Both the position numbers and the translations under genes were made by a program. From positions 80,819 to 144,818 of IMG/VR virus record IMGVR_UViG_3300045988_060821: a stretch of 64,000 bases of DNA, one strand, 5' to 3'. Of the stretch, positions 44,655 through 54,156 are shown in pieces. The stretch's first letter is position 1, and each line of letters begins with the position of its first letter. This DNA is from a virus. The notes beneath the pieces were generated by a model, which searched no databases, was not told the origin of the DNA, and was given only the letters and a program-made list of their open reading frames with translations.

Positions 44655-45629
44655 TTAGCCCTTAATTAGAAGCTCCAAGTCATGAACAATAAGGTCGATT
44701 TGTTCAGCTTGCTCAGGAGTACATTCTCCGACTTTCTTTCCCCTACCAAGATACTTATCAACAATAGCGGTAATCTTACCGGCATTAGACTGATTAGCAG
44801 ACATCAATTCGCCAACCAATTCTTGGAAACGAGCATTTAGTCGGTCAAAATCATAAGTTACATCTTCTGTAACTACCTGAGTAGCTTCATTAGAAATAAA
44901 CTTACCACCAGTCTCTTCTGCCTGCTTGTCGATAGCTTCCGCAATTGCATTTACTAAGTTATCATAGGTAAACTCAATAGAGTTCGGGATATACTTGAAA
45001 CGAGAACCCGCTACATAACGAGGAGTACCTCTCATGAAGAGACGAGTCTGAACACCTTCATCGGTATTCACAGAAGTAGAATAACCAATGATATCGCAAG
45101 TTCTCTCGCAAATCAGACGACCTCTCTTATCAAGAGTAGGAACGATTTGGTTATACTCGTTACCCTCTTCATCCTTAAATACCTTGTCAGTAGAGTGAGA
45201 AATCAAAATCAGACCATAATTCAACTGAAGAATCTTGCGGATTGCCTCGTCAAATTCGGTACCAACCATGGAATAGCCCTTACCATAGGGTAGATCCGCG
45301 ATGGTATCAACACCTTCACGATTGCAGACATACTTCTCGCAATAGCTGTAAGCAATATCTGCGGTGTCAATAACAATGGTCTGGAACTTTTCCTGTACTT
45401 CTGGAGTTTTCAGCTCTGTAAAGAGCTTCTTAAATTCGCCCCAGCTATTGATAGGCTGGGCATATACACCAGGCAACGCGTTATAACCCTTCTCAAAAGC
45501 GAGAAGAAGCGCGCCGGGAAATTTACTGGCAATCGTAGTCTTACCAGACTTAGGAGTGCCATAGAATAAAACGGAATATCCTCTTAAATCTCTTGATACT
45601 TCATGTGGTTTAAGGTCAAGCAAACTCAT
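44655..45629 (-). CDS. AAA_24-type (Sak4/RecA-like) phage ATPase.
   Basis: Walker A FYGTPKSGKTT; size and context next to an SSB-like gene. Confidence 0.55.
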   Translation of the reverse strand: MSLLDLKPHEVSRDLRGYSVLFYGTPKSGKTTIASKFPGALLLAFEKGYNALPGVYAQPINSWGEFKKLFTELKTPEVQEKFQTIVIDTADIAYSYCEKYVCNREGVDTIADLPYGKGYSMVGTEFDEAIRKILQLNYGLILISHSTDKVFKDEEGNEYNQIVPTLDKRGRLICERTCDIIGYSTSVNTDEGVQTRLFMRGTPRYVAGSRFKYIPNSIEFTYDNLVNAIAEAIDKQAEETGGKFISNEATQVVTEDVTYDFDRLNARFQELVGELMSANQSNAGKITAIVDKYLGRGKKVGECTPEQAEQIDLIVHDLELLIKG

Positions 45630-45702
45630 AATTATCTTTCTCCTTTAATTATTTTATTTATAATGAGGAAATGAAAGGGGTAGATAACTACCCCTTATTT
45701 AA

Positions 45703-46659
45703 TTAGAAGTTGTAGTCGCCCTTCGCAGGAGCCGCAGTTGCCTTAGAGGCACCACCCGCGGCCGCGTTACCACGAGAAGCCTGATACTCGTCCTGACGCT
45801 TCTTAATCTCAGCAAGATGAACCTCACGAGCGGTCATCATCTCACCCAGTTCAGAAGCCAACAAAGTATCTTCGCTATCCCACTCATAAGTCTCAGGCTG
45901 CGCCCAGTTAATCACAAAGTCACGCTGAGAAGTACGAGTTTCCTTTACAACAGCTTCACCAAATGCGCTCTCTTCCTCAGTCTTGCGCACAATAGTTTTG
46001 GATACCTGAATACCCTGAACTCTGGTGAAGATGGGAGAACTAGAAGAAGCGCCGAGATTTTCGAAATAATCGAGAGCCTTAGCAGGAGCATATGGCTCAT
46101 AAACGCTAAACTCAACAGGAAGCAGAGCATTGCGGAAGTCAAATACGCAACCCTTAACAATTACCTTTTCGGGAGTTTCCTTCTCTTCATCGGCCTCAAC
46201 ACGACGGACATTAGTAATCACCATATCAGTGTTGAAAGTTGCACGACTCTTAGGCTCGCACAGTTCCTGTACCTGATGTACGAAGCCCCCCTCGTTACGA
46301 CGGACAGACACCAGATTGCCATCCTTATCATACCACTCATTTAGACCAATGGCAGTATCAATACGGACCTTACCTGCGTTCTCTTTGCCGTGTTCCATTA
46401 CAGAACCAATCTTGCCATCAATGATAGATTGTAGAACATTAAAGGTGTTATTAGGCTTGCCCTTAGCGGTCACCGCAGTTACATAAGTGAAATGTACCTG
46501 CACAACATTGAGCATCTCGTCATCAGTTGCCACGCTAAGAGTACCACTAATAAACTCAGTACCGGGATTCTTAGAGTTGGGGCCGCTCTCCTTCATTTCC
46601 AGCTTGTGCTCGTAAACATAACCTTCAACATGGGATTCATTCTTCATTTTCTTACTCAT
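45703..46659 (-). CDS. Putative ssDNA-binding protein (phage SSB-like) with an acidic-aromatic C-terminal tip.
   Basis: The C-terminus ...APAKGDYNF resembles SSB tails; it sits beside a recombinase-type ATPase. Weakly supported. Confidence 0.3.
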   Translation of the reverse strand: MSKKMKNESHVEGYVYEHKLEMKESGPNSKNPGTEFISGTLSVATDDEMLNVVQVHFTYVTAVTAKGKPNNTFNVLQSIIDGKIGSVMEHGKENAGKVRIDTAIGLNEWYDKDGNLVSVRRNEGGFVHQVQELCEPKSRATFNTDMVITNVRRVEADEEKETPEKVIVKGCVFDFRNALLPVEFSVYEPYAPAKALDYFENLGASSSSPIFTRVQGIQVSKTIVRKTEEESAFGEAVVKETRTSQRDFVINWAQPETYEWDSEDTLLASELGEMMTAREVHLAEIKKRQDEYQASRGNAAAGGASKATAAPAKGDYNF

Positions 46660-47032
46660 TGTTCAAATTCTCCTTATAAGCGTTAATATCAAAATTTTTG
46701 CCCTTTTCCGTCAAGCTATAAATGACAGGATTCTGGCCATATTTATCTACAAACCCATCAGATACGAGTTTACGAATAGCTCCAGATACTTTGCGAGATG
46801 AAATAACCATTCCGCCTGCGATATCTTTTGCTTTCAAACTCGTAGCATCACAAGTCTGTAAATATTCAAGGATTGAAAGTCCACTTTCTGTGAACATGGG
46901 TTTCTCCATACCTTGCTGAGCAAGGAGGAGATTATAGACATCTTGTACTTCATCGGGAAGTACAACTGGCTCCTTGCAATTCTGCACTAGCCAGTCGAAG
47001 TAATCAGTAAATGCTTTGTACTTATTATTCAT
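46652..47032 (-). CDS. Winged-helix DNA-binding protein (MarR/PadR-like).
   Basis: ...ISSRKVSGAIRKLVSDGFVDK recognition-helix and wing pattern. Confidence 0.4.
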   Translation of the reverse strand: MNNKYKAFTDYFDWLVQNCKEPVVLPDEVQDVYNLLLAQQGMEKPMFTESGLSILEYLQTCDATSLKAKDIAGGMVISSRKVSGAIRKLVSDGFVDKYGQNPVIYSLTEKGKNFDINAYKENLNNE

Positions 47033-47087
47033 TTAATCCATTTCCTTACCTTTTATACATATATAATAACATAAAATTAAAGAAAAA

Positions 47088-47606
47088 TCAACTGACCCTA
47101 TCATACCGCCAAAATTGATATTTGATGTCGTTATATGAGGCCATTGAGTCTTCCTCAATAGCATTCCATTCTTTTGATTCATCGAGATTAGGGAAAAAGG
47201 TATCAATATTATCATGACTTGCATAGATTTTTGTTACATAAACTCTATCGCAATAGGGGAGAAGAGCATTGTAAATCTGTCCTCCACCAATAACAAAAAT
47301 ATCCATATCACAAGCCTTAATGTAATCAAGAGTTATTTCTAATGGCATTGCAACAGTTAGATTTCCAAGAATAGAAATTACTCCATTTGGAACCATTGAG
47401 TTAGAAACAATAATATTGATACGATCTGGAAGCCTTGGTAAAGAATCCTTTTTAGGGAGACTATCCCAAGTATTACGCCCCATTACTACAACATTATATT
47501 GAGTCAATTCTTTAAAATGTTTTAGGTCAGCGGGAATATGTTCTAACAACTGACCTTGATAACCAATACCCCAATTCTCGTCTACTGCAACAATAGCAGA
47601 AATCAT
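47088..47606 (-). CDS. folA: Dihydrofolate reductase.
   Basis: MISAIVAVDENWGIGYQGQLLEHIPADLKHFKELT...VVMGRNTW motifs. Confidence 0.85.
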   Translation of the reverse strand: MISAIVAVDENWGIGYQGQLLEHIPADLKHFKELTQYNVVVMGRNTWDSLPKKDSLPRLPDRINIIVSNSMVPNGVISILGNLTVAMPLEITLDYIKACDMDIFVIGGGQIYNALLPYCDRVYVTKIYASHDNIDTFFPNLDESKEWNAIEEDSMASYNDIKYQFWRYDRVS

Positions 47607-48451
47607 ATACCCAACTCCAACTTTAACTGCGGTTTCATGGGAGAGTAATTCTCTATCGTAAAATCATCAATGGTCATGTCATAGAAATTAGTTTTCTCAG
47701 GATTTAGACGCAATACAGGATTCTTATAAGTATCGTCAAAAAACATACTATTGAAAAATCTCGAAATCATTTCATGTGCAGCATCCATATGACGGTCATA
47801 AATCTGTTCATTAGCCACTACATGACTAAATACTCCAGGTTTATAACCAGTATGACGAGCAATCATCATCAAGAGCGCTGCATACTGAATTTCATTGATA
47901 CCACCGGGACCAGAAGCGGTAAGCATATCGCCGCTACGTTGAACCAGCATCATATCAAGATATTCTCCACGAACATTCCAGATGGTTAGAAACGCACAAG
48001 GTGCCAATCCCGCAGTTTCACGGAGATCAGCCTCCTGCCATAAAGAAACTACCTTGCGGCGGCCATATGGGTCATTCTTAATATCCTTAATCAAATTATT
48101 GATTAAGTCATATCGACTTACTGTTGCTCCATAACGCTGACCGATCGTACCATCCCCAATATCCCAGTCACCCCACCAATTAACACCCATTTCTTCCATC
48201 TTAGCGATTTCATTCGTAGGCTTTTGATAGATAGTGAAGATTTCCTTGATACCAGTCTTCCAAGCCATCGGCCGTAGGGTACAAATAGGAAATTCTCCTT
48301 TGGACAAATCATAAGTGCGGAAATTATGATTTACAGAGAGAGTATGCGCGGGAGTACCATCGGCGTAATGCGGTCTTGGGTTAATATCCTTATATCCATT
48401 ATCAAGAATAAGATTGATTGTTTCAACCATATAATTATCTGCTTTATTCAT
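47603..48451 (-). CDS. Thymidylate synthase (ThyA-fold) homolog. It is divergent: the catalytic Cys is present but the adjacent His is replaced (LAPCAF).
   Basis: Collinear with ThyA: ...RRKVVSLWQEADLRETAGLAPCAF...QRSGDM...GINEIQYAALL. ATGA overlap with DHFR. Confidence 0.75.
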   Translation of the reverse strand: MNKADNYMVETINLILDNGYKDINPRPHYADGTPAHTLSVNHNFRTYDLSKGEFPICTLRPMAWKTGIKEIFTIYQKPTNEIAKMEEMGVNWWGDWDIGDGTIGQRYGATVSRYDLINNLIKDIKNDPYGRRKVVSLWQEADLRETAGLAPCAFLTIWNVRGEYLDMMLVQRSGDMLTASGPGGINEIQYAALLMMIARHTGYKPGVFSHVVANEQIYDRHMDAAHEMISRFFNSMFFDDTYKNPVLRLNPEKTNFYDMTIDDFTIENYSPMKPQLKLELGI

Positions 48452-48763
48452 TCAGTTATCGTCTCCCACAGTATTTGTGTATCCTACAATGTTGAATTGA
48501 TTGAGCCAGCTATCTAGTTCATCAATAACAGCAATACATTTCATACCTCTAGCTTTTGTTAGAAAATATCCATAGCTAATAAATCCTAAATTTTGCGGTA
48601 GATTACGCTCTTTTGTTAACTCTAAGAACTTTTTAACCATCAGTTGAGGATGTTGAGTAACAAAGAGTACCATCTTATCAGGATACTTATGTGCTAAATC
48701 ATTTGCGTAGTACATTAAGCTAGTTGTCTTACCTGCACCACGACTTGCAATTACCTTAAACAT
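48452..48763 (-). CDS. Small P-loop NTPase/kinase-like protein (103 aa).
   Basis: Walker A SRGAGKTT. SD box GGAGG then ATG. TGA abuts the thyA-like ATG. Confidence 0.4.
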   Translation of the reverse strand: MFKVIASRGAGKTTSLMYYANDLAHKYPDKMVLFVTQHPQLMVKKFLELTKERNLPQNLGFISYGYFLTKARGMKCIAVIDELDSWLNQFNIVGYTNTVGDDN

Positions 48764-49680
48764 TATGAACCTCCACGAGTTCCATTCATACCTAGTTCTT
48801 TAGTCTTATAGAACTCAATCCAATAAGTCTCTCGTTCATTTAACTAATCTCTAGGCACTTCTTCCAAAATCTCAAATATAAAATTATATTGACCAGATTT
48901 TTGCATCGCCTAATATAACTTATTAGTCACAGGTCCGTATGCTAAAGAGGTTTTAATGTGCTGTCTAAAACGCTCTTTAATATCAACAGACTAACCAATA
49001 TAAGCCTAACCAGTTGTTAGATCGGTAATTTTATAGATACCGCATACTTTACCTTTATTAGTGGCAAATAGATGCGTCATAAGAATATCATATGCAGGAC
49101 GATAATAGGTCTCCCATATTACTTTATCAATGATTTCCTTTTTCACAAAGTGAATTTGCAAATCACGCAATAGAGTAATATCGTTCAAACTAAATTCATC
49201 AATAGCAAGACGATAATAGTCCTAATCTGCGGCAATTGCTTCTTGGCGTTGCTAAGCCTAGATATAAGATAACTATTTAGCTTCCAATTCATGGAGTTTA
49301 TCTTGCTAATGTGAGATTTGATTAGTTATCTATTGAAGTTCTGCTAAATGATATTTTTCTTTAGCTTGATATGTTTCATCAAGCTCTTTACTTTTCTTTT
49401 CAAATTGAGCCTTAGCGCTCTCTTCTGCTCGCTATTCAGCGCTTTCCCGCAACTTATTCGCAGTATCAGTCAAAGAATTGACAATTTCATTATGTGATAC
49501 AATATCTTCTTTTACTTTTGCTAATTCTCTCTATTTCAATGCAATATCTTGTTCAATGCGTTTATTCTCTTCTTGTCTTTCTTTATTTATCAATACTACC
49601 TAAAGCCGATTATTGCGAAGATATAAAACATATCCGATCAGCGCAAGAATAACCAAGCCTGATAATATATAATAAATCAT
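48763..49680 (-). CDS. Membrane-anchored coiled-coil protein with a C-terminal GIY-YIG nuclease domain (about 305 aa, 15 or more recoded TAG).
   Basis: The frame of ORF 49006-49188 extends both ways through TAGs. The N-terminus is a TM helix MIYYILSGLVILALIGYVLYL, then about 180 aa of Q/E/K/A-rich coiled-coil. The C-terminus reads KVCGIYKITDLTTG-Q-AYIG-Q-SVDIKERFRQHIK...YNFIFEILEEV...ERETYWIEFYKT...GMN (I-TevI-like catalytic core). TAA at 48763-48765. Confidence 0.6.
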
Positions 49681-49729
49681 AAGTAAAAGAAATCGGTAAG
49701 AGGCATAATCCTCTTACCGATCTAATTTA

Positions 49730-49993
49730 TTACTCCTGGGCGTCAGGATCGAAAGCCAAGCCCTTATCAGTCAAGCGAAGATACTTAACTTTCTGATGGG
49801 AGCCATCGGCAAGCTCAACCTCAGCGGGCTCACGCACACCATAGTCCTTGCGCTGTAGAGCAGAGGTAAAAATACCATCAACCTGGCGCTTCTCAAGACC
49901 AAGAGCTTCAGCCACATCAGCGGCAGTTAGATCCTTGTCAGTATTGTCCTTTAGATAATCAAAAACCTTACGAGTATTTTCCTTCATAGCCAT
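49730..49993 (-). CDS. Small hypothetical protein (87 aa).
   Basis: Intact ORF; TAA stop. Confidence 0.3.
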   Translation of the reverse strand: MAMKENTRKVFDYLKDNTDKDLTAADVAEALGLEKRQVDGIFTSALQRKDYGVREPAEVELADGSHQKVKYLRLTDKGLAFDPDAQE

Positions 49994-50022
49994 TGTAATA
50001 ATCTCCTCTAAAATGTATTATT

Positions 50023-50218
50023 TAATTCTCGATGCAATTAAAGCATCAATTTCCAGTAAAGCATTTATCCCATCGGGAAGAGCCATAATCTAGTTAGTTA
50101 ACTGCATAATTCGGTCTTCTGCGTGGGCTTTTTCCTCTTTTGAGGAATTTTCATCTTGGTGAATAAGTTCGCATTTATAGATTTCATCTGCGAACCGCTT
50201 CATCTGTTTACGGGTCAT
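50023..50218 (-). CDS. Small hypothetical protein (about 64 aa, 1 TAG).
   Basis: ATG at 50218; TAA near 50023. Confidence 0.25.
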
Positions 50219-50286
50219 ACAATCTGTCCTTTTTACTATTGCTTTTCTGAATTACATATATATTATATCAGAAAATATTTTTTAAG

Positions 50287-51435
50287 TCAACAAAAAATTT
50301 CTGATATTACGCAATCTTTTGCATCCTTGTCGTCTCTTTTACACTTGAATACTGGATGTCGCAAAGTATGCTCTTTCTTATCAATTTGCATACAATCAAG
50401 AGCAACAACATGGCCAAGCCACAAATCTGGATTCTCAGTCATCTCTCTTTTGTTATCGTCAGTTAATCCAGAGCTAACTGTACCTAAATCAACAAGTTCA
50501 CCGTTATCATTGTAGGCGCCAATTCTAATTGCGGTTTTCCAGCCAAGAAAATAAGGTTTAGTTACTGGTCTATAAATATGAGGATTATGCAAATAATCTT
50601 CATAATATCGGCCTTCGCTTAACAGCCAAGTATATTCACCATCTTGGCTTCGCTCGCCACGCTCTTCCCAGTATTCCCAAGTAGCTAACTCTTTACCGGT
50701 ATACTCTTTTGTAGCATCGCAAAAGCCAGTGCAGATTAAATCAATAGAATCCATCTGCTTAACTTTGATTGTAGACCATGCAGGTCTTTTACCGGGAGTA
50801 TATGGATAATCTTTCTTCTTTAAGACCGCGCCTTCACCACCAGATTTCAAGATACGAGAGATTTCAGCTTCCATATCTTCATCAACACGGGTGGCAAGTC
50901 TTAAAAAACTATACTGCTCAAGATTATGTTTCTTCCAGATAGCGGAAAGAATCTTATAGCGCAAATCCGCAGGCGAGTCAATAAGATTGACTGTATCATA
51001 TGCAATAATATCATGCACATAATAATGGATCGGTTCTTTCTCTTGTCTCTTGATAGCAAGAGCAGGTAAACACCCCATAATACTTACAGTATCTTTCGAT
51101 GTACCACCGGGAACATAGATTTCTCCAATAAGGATAGTTCCTGCGGGAAGGCAGCTCAATGCTTCCTTCAAGTGAGGTACATTGTCACTTTTTTCTGTAA
51201 GAATGCCAGATAGTTTACTTACTGTGCGACCAAAAAGATAAGAATGATTTTCAGTTTTTACAAACTGATAAAATGCTCCATCAATCTTCTCTTCAAGGAA
51301 ATATTCCCCATTAGAGCATACTTCAGAGAGCATGGATTCCTTTCCCGCAGGTAACTTCCAAATGAGCATTGGCTCAATCATTAAGTTTTCCGCTTCAGGA
51401 TACAACTCATGTATCTTACTTTTATCAAAACTCAT
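50287..51435 (-). CDS. ATP-dependent DNA ligase.
   Basis: Adenylation motif I EEKIDGAF (KxDG), motif-like regions downstream; length 382 aa. Confidence 0.8.
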   Translation of the reverse strand: MSFDKSKIHELYPEAENLMIEPMLIWKLPAGKESMLSEVCSNGEYFLEEKIDGAFYQFVKTENHSYLFGRTVSKLSGILTEKSDNVPHLKEALSCLPAGTILIGEIYVPGGTSKDTVSIMGCLPALAIKRQEKEPIHYYVHDIIAYDTVNLIDSPADLRYKILSAIWKKHNLEQYSFLRLATRVDEDMEAEISRILKSGGEGAVLKKKDYPYTPGKRPAWSTIKVKQMDSIDLICTGFCDATKEYTGKELATWEYWEERGERSQDGEYTWLLSEGRYYEDYLHNPHIYRPVTKPYFLGWKTAIRIGAYNDNGELVDLGTVSSGLTDDNKREMTENPDLWLGHVVALDCMQIDKKEHTLRHPVFKCKRDDKDAKDCVISEIFC

Positions 51436-51449
51436 TTATTGTAAACTCC

Positions 51450-51683
51450 TTATCCCGCGAGCAGTGACATTAAACCGGCACAAGCAAAAATGCCAAGAGT
51501 ACAAATAGAACTTATGGTAAATTCTATCCAAAATATCCTAGACCATTGGGCGGATTTTTCCTCGTCGGGAAGGTTTATAAGTTGCATAACAATACTTATA
51601 CTTAAAGCTATGCACCCAATTCTTACTATCTCACGCAATACAAATGCTACTACAGTAATTAGTCCAACTAAAAATGCACTCAT
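51450..51683 (-). CDS. Small two-TM membrane protein (77 aa).
   Basis: Intact hydrophobic ORF. Confidence 0.35.
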   Translation of the reverse strand: MSAFLVGLITVVAFVLREIVRIGCIALSISIVMQLINLPDEEKSAQWSRIFWIEFTISSICTLGIFACAGLMSLLAG

Positions 51684-51746
51684 ATAATAATTAAATCCTT
51701 TCTTCTTATATAAATATATTATAATAATTAAAAAGAAAAGTCAACT

Positions 51747-51780
51747 AAGAGAAAGAATGGGTATACCCATTCTTTCTCTT
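51747..51780 (-). terminator. Stem-loop (AGAGAAAGAATGGGTA-TACCCATTCTTTCTCT) downstream of the topo II A-subunit gene.
   Basis: 16-bp inverted repeat. Confidence 0.55.
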
Positions 51781-54142
51781 ATACTTGCGTGATAGAAATC
51801 ACTTGTTCGTTGTTCTTCAGCATGATATTGCCCATGGAAACTCGACCAAGAGTAGGAATGTCTTTACCACTAATAACAATAGAAGACTTGTCACCATTGA
51901 TAAGGAGATTATCACTTTCTTTGATAATCTCCGCTCCGGCGATTTCTCCCTTATAGCAGAGTAATCCCTTGCCTCCACGATTCTGTAAAGTAAGTTCATC
52001 AATCTGCATTTTCTTACCCAAGCCATTCTTGGAAACAATAGCGAGATAATCTGCGGGATCCACGATCGGCAATGCTGCGATTACACTGTCGCCATCATTT
52101 AGTTTCATGCCCTTAACCCCTTGTGCTGTGCGCGAAGAGATAGGCATTTCCGTGGTTCCAAATCGAATAGCCATGCCATTCTTTGTTACCAATAACATCT
52201 GCTCTTGATTGATAAATGTAACATCTGCAAGTTCATCGCCGTCTTTAAAGCTGATGGCGATAATGCCAGTACGCTTCATCTTATCATATTCATCAAGAGG
52301 AACCTTCTTGATAGTACCATTCTTTGTGGCAAAGAAGATAAACTTCTTGTCAGTATCTCTGGTCATTGTTGTAAATGCCATAGGTTTCTCGCCATTCTCA
52401 AACTCAATTAGAGTGGAGATAGGCGTTCCGTTAGACGCATTTGTACCTTCTGGAATATTATCCACTAATACACGATACATCTTGCCCTTAGAGGAGAATA
52501 CCATCAAGGTATCTTGTGTATTAGTTTTTTGCGAGAAGAGAACAATATCACCGGTTTTAACACCAGTAGTATTACGCTTTTGAGCTTTGAAATTTTTAGC
52601 ATCAATACGCTTAATAGTGTTCTTCTTTGTCACTACAACTACGCAATCCTTCGGCTCGACGATAACTACTTCTTTCTCTTGCTTTGGAATGTCGGTGTTA
52701 AGCAGTTTAGTTCTACGAGCATCGCCATAAGTGTCTCTTAACTGAGTAATCTTAGAGATTAAGACTTTATTTCTTACTTCTTTATCAGTTAGGATTTCAA
52801 TACACTTAGCAATAAACTCTTTCTTTTCTTTTAACTCATTGACTAATTCTTCTTTATCAATACGAGTTAATTTGCCGAGCTTCATATCGAGGATTGCGTT
52901 TGCTTGCACTTCATCAACAGAGAGGAAATCCATTAACTTGGCTCTCGCATCAGCGCGTCCCGCAGATTGTTTAATCAATGCAATTACTTCATCAATTTTA
53001 TCAACTGCGGCGATCAGACCTTCAAGGATATGTGCTCTTGCTTCGGCTTTCTCTTTATCAAAAGTTGTGGCATTGACAAGAACATCTTCTTGATGGTCAA
53101 CATACGCATGGAGTAAGTCAACCATAGAACAGAGCTTAGGTGTGCCATTGACAATATAGTTCATGTTATAGGATAAAGTGGACTGTAAATCTGTCAGCAA
53201 GAATAATTTATTCAATGCTTTAGACACAGATACTCCATCCTTCACATGGAATACCAGCTTGTTCTGGCCGATATTAGACTCATCGTCGAAGTCATCAATC
53301 AACTCACTCAAAACATCAATATTCTTCTCAATCTGTTCTTTAATCTTATTGCGGTAGGTACGATAAGGAATACTGGTGAAGACGATATCTTGTCCATCAA
53401 TCTCATAATCACCCTGGATTTTCAGAGAGATGTTAGATTTACCTGACGCAAAAGCCGCCCGCACATCCTTAATGTTAAGAACTGTACCACCGAGAGGGAA
53501 ATCTGGACCGGGGATATAGGACAATACTTCATCAATAGTCAGTTCGCCCTTCTCAATTAGAGCAATAGCAGCATTACATACCTCTGTCAGATTGTGCGGG
53601 GCAGAGTTATGCGCCATAGAAATGCCGATTGCCTGACGACCGTTACAGATTGCATTAGGGAATAGTGAGGGAAGAACGATAGGCTCTTGAAACTCGCCAT
53701 TATAAGTCTCTTTAGTAGGAACAACATTCTTACTAAAGTCATTCATCATCAGGTCGGTAAACTTAGAAGGCTTAGCCTCAGTATAACGAGAAGATGAGAA
53801 CATATCGTTATTTTCCTGCGTGCCCAACTGTCCTTGTCCAGTTACAAGAGGATAGCGCATGAGGAATTCCTGCGCCATCTTCCGCAGAACACCATAGCAG
53901 GCAATATCACCATGGAAGTAGGAGGTTGCCAAAGTAGAACCAATGATAGCATTACACTTCTTAGTCTTACTCTTGTTATCCATCTTGAGATAATCTTCCA
54001 TTGTCCAAAGAATCTTTCGCTGAGCACTAAGGAGACCATCTTCCGCGGCAGGAATCGCACGATCGGTTAGAACTTCTTCTGCATAAGTTAGAAAGTTATC
54101 TTTAGCTTCATCAAGAATATCAACTTCTGTAATCAAACTCAT
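51779..54142 (-). CDS. Type IIA topoisomerase A-subunit (GyrA/ParC-like; T4 gp52-like) (787 aa, no TAG).
   Basis: N-terminal breakage-reunion domain motifs (AIPAAEDGL...RKILW) and a C-terminal repeat region. Confidence 0.85.
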   Translation of the reverse strand: MSLITEVDILDEAKDNFLTYAEEVLTDRAIPAAEDGLLSAQRKILWTMEDYLKMDNKSKTKKCNAIIGSTLATSYFHGDIACYGVLRKMAQEFLMRYPLVTGQGQLGTQENNDMFSSSRYTEAKPSKFTDLMMNDFSKNVVPTKETYNGEFQEPIVLPSLFPNAICNGRQAIGISMAHNSAPHNLTEVCNAAIALIEKGELTIDEVLSYIPGPDFPLGGTVLNIKDVRAAFASGKSNISLKIQGDYEIDGQDIVFTSIPYRTYRNKIKEQIEKNIDVLSELIDDFDDESNIGQNKLVFHVKDGVSVSKALNKLFLLTDLQSTLSYNMNYIVNGTPKLCSMVDLLHAYVDHQEDVLVNATTFDKEKAEARAHILEGLIAAVDKIDEVIALIKQSAGRADARAKLMDFLSVDEVQANAILDMKLGKLTRIDKEELVNELKEKKEFIAKCIEILTDKEVRNKVLISKITQLRDTYGDARRTKLLNTDIPKQEKEVVIVEPKDCVVVVTKKNTIKRIDAKNFKAQKRNTTGVKTGDIVLFSQKTNTQDTLMVFSSKGKMYRVLVDNIPEGTNASNGTPISTLIEFENGEKPMAFTTMTRDTDKKFIFFATKNGTIKKVPLDEYDKMKRTGIIAISFKDGDELADVTFINQEQMLLVTKNGMAIRFGTTEMPISSRTAQGVKGMKLNDGDSVIAALPIVDPADYLAIVSKNGLGKKMQIDELTLQNRGGKGLLCYKGEIAGAEIIKESDNLLINGDKSSIVISGKDIPTLGRVSMGNIMLKNNEQVISITQV

Positions 54143-54156
54143 AAAATCACTCCTTA

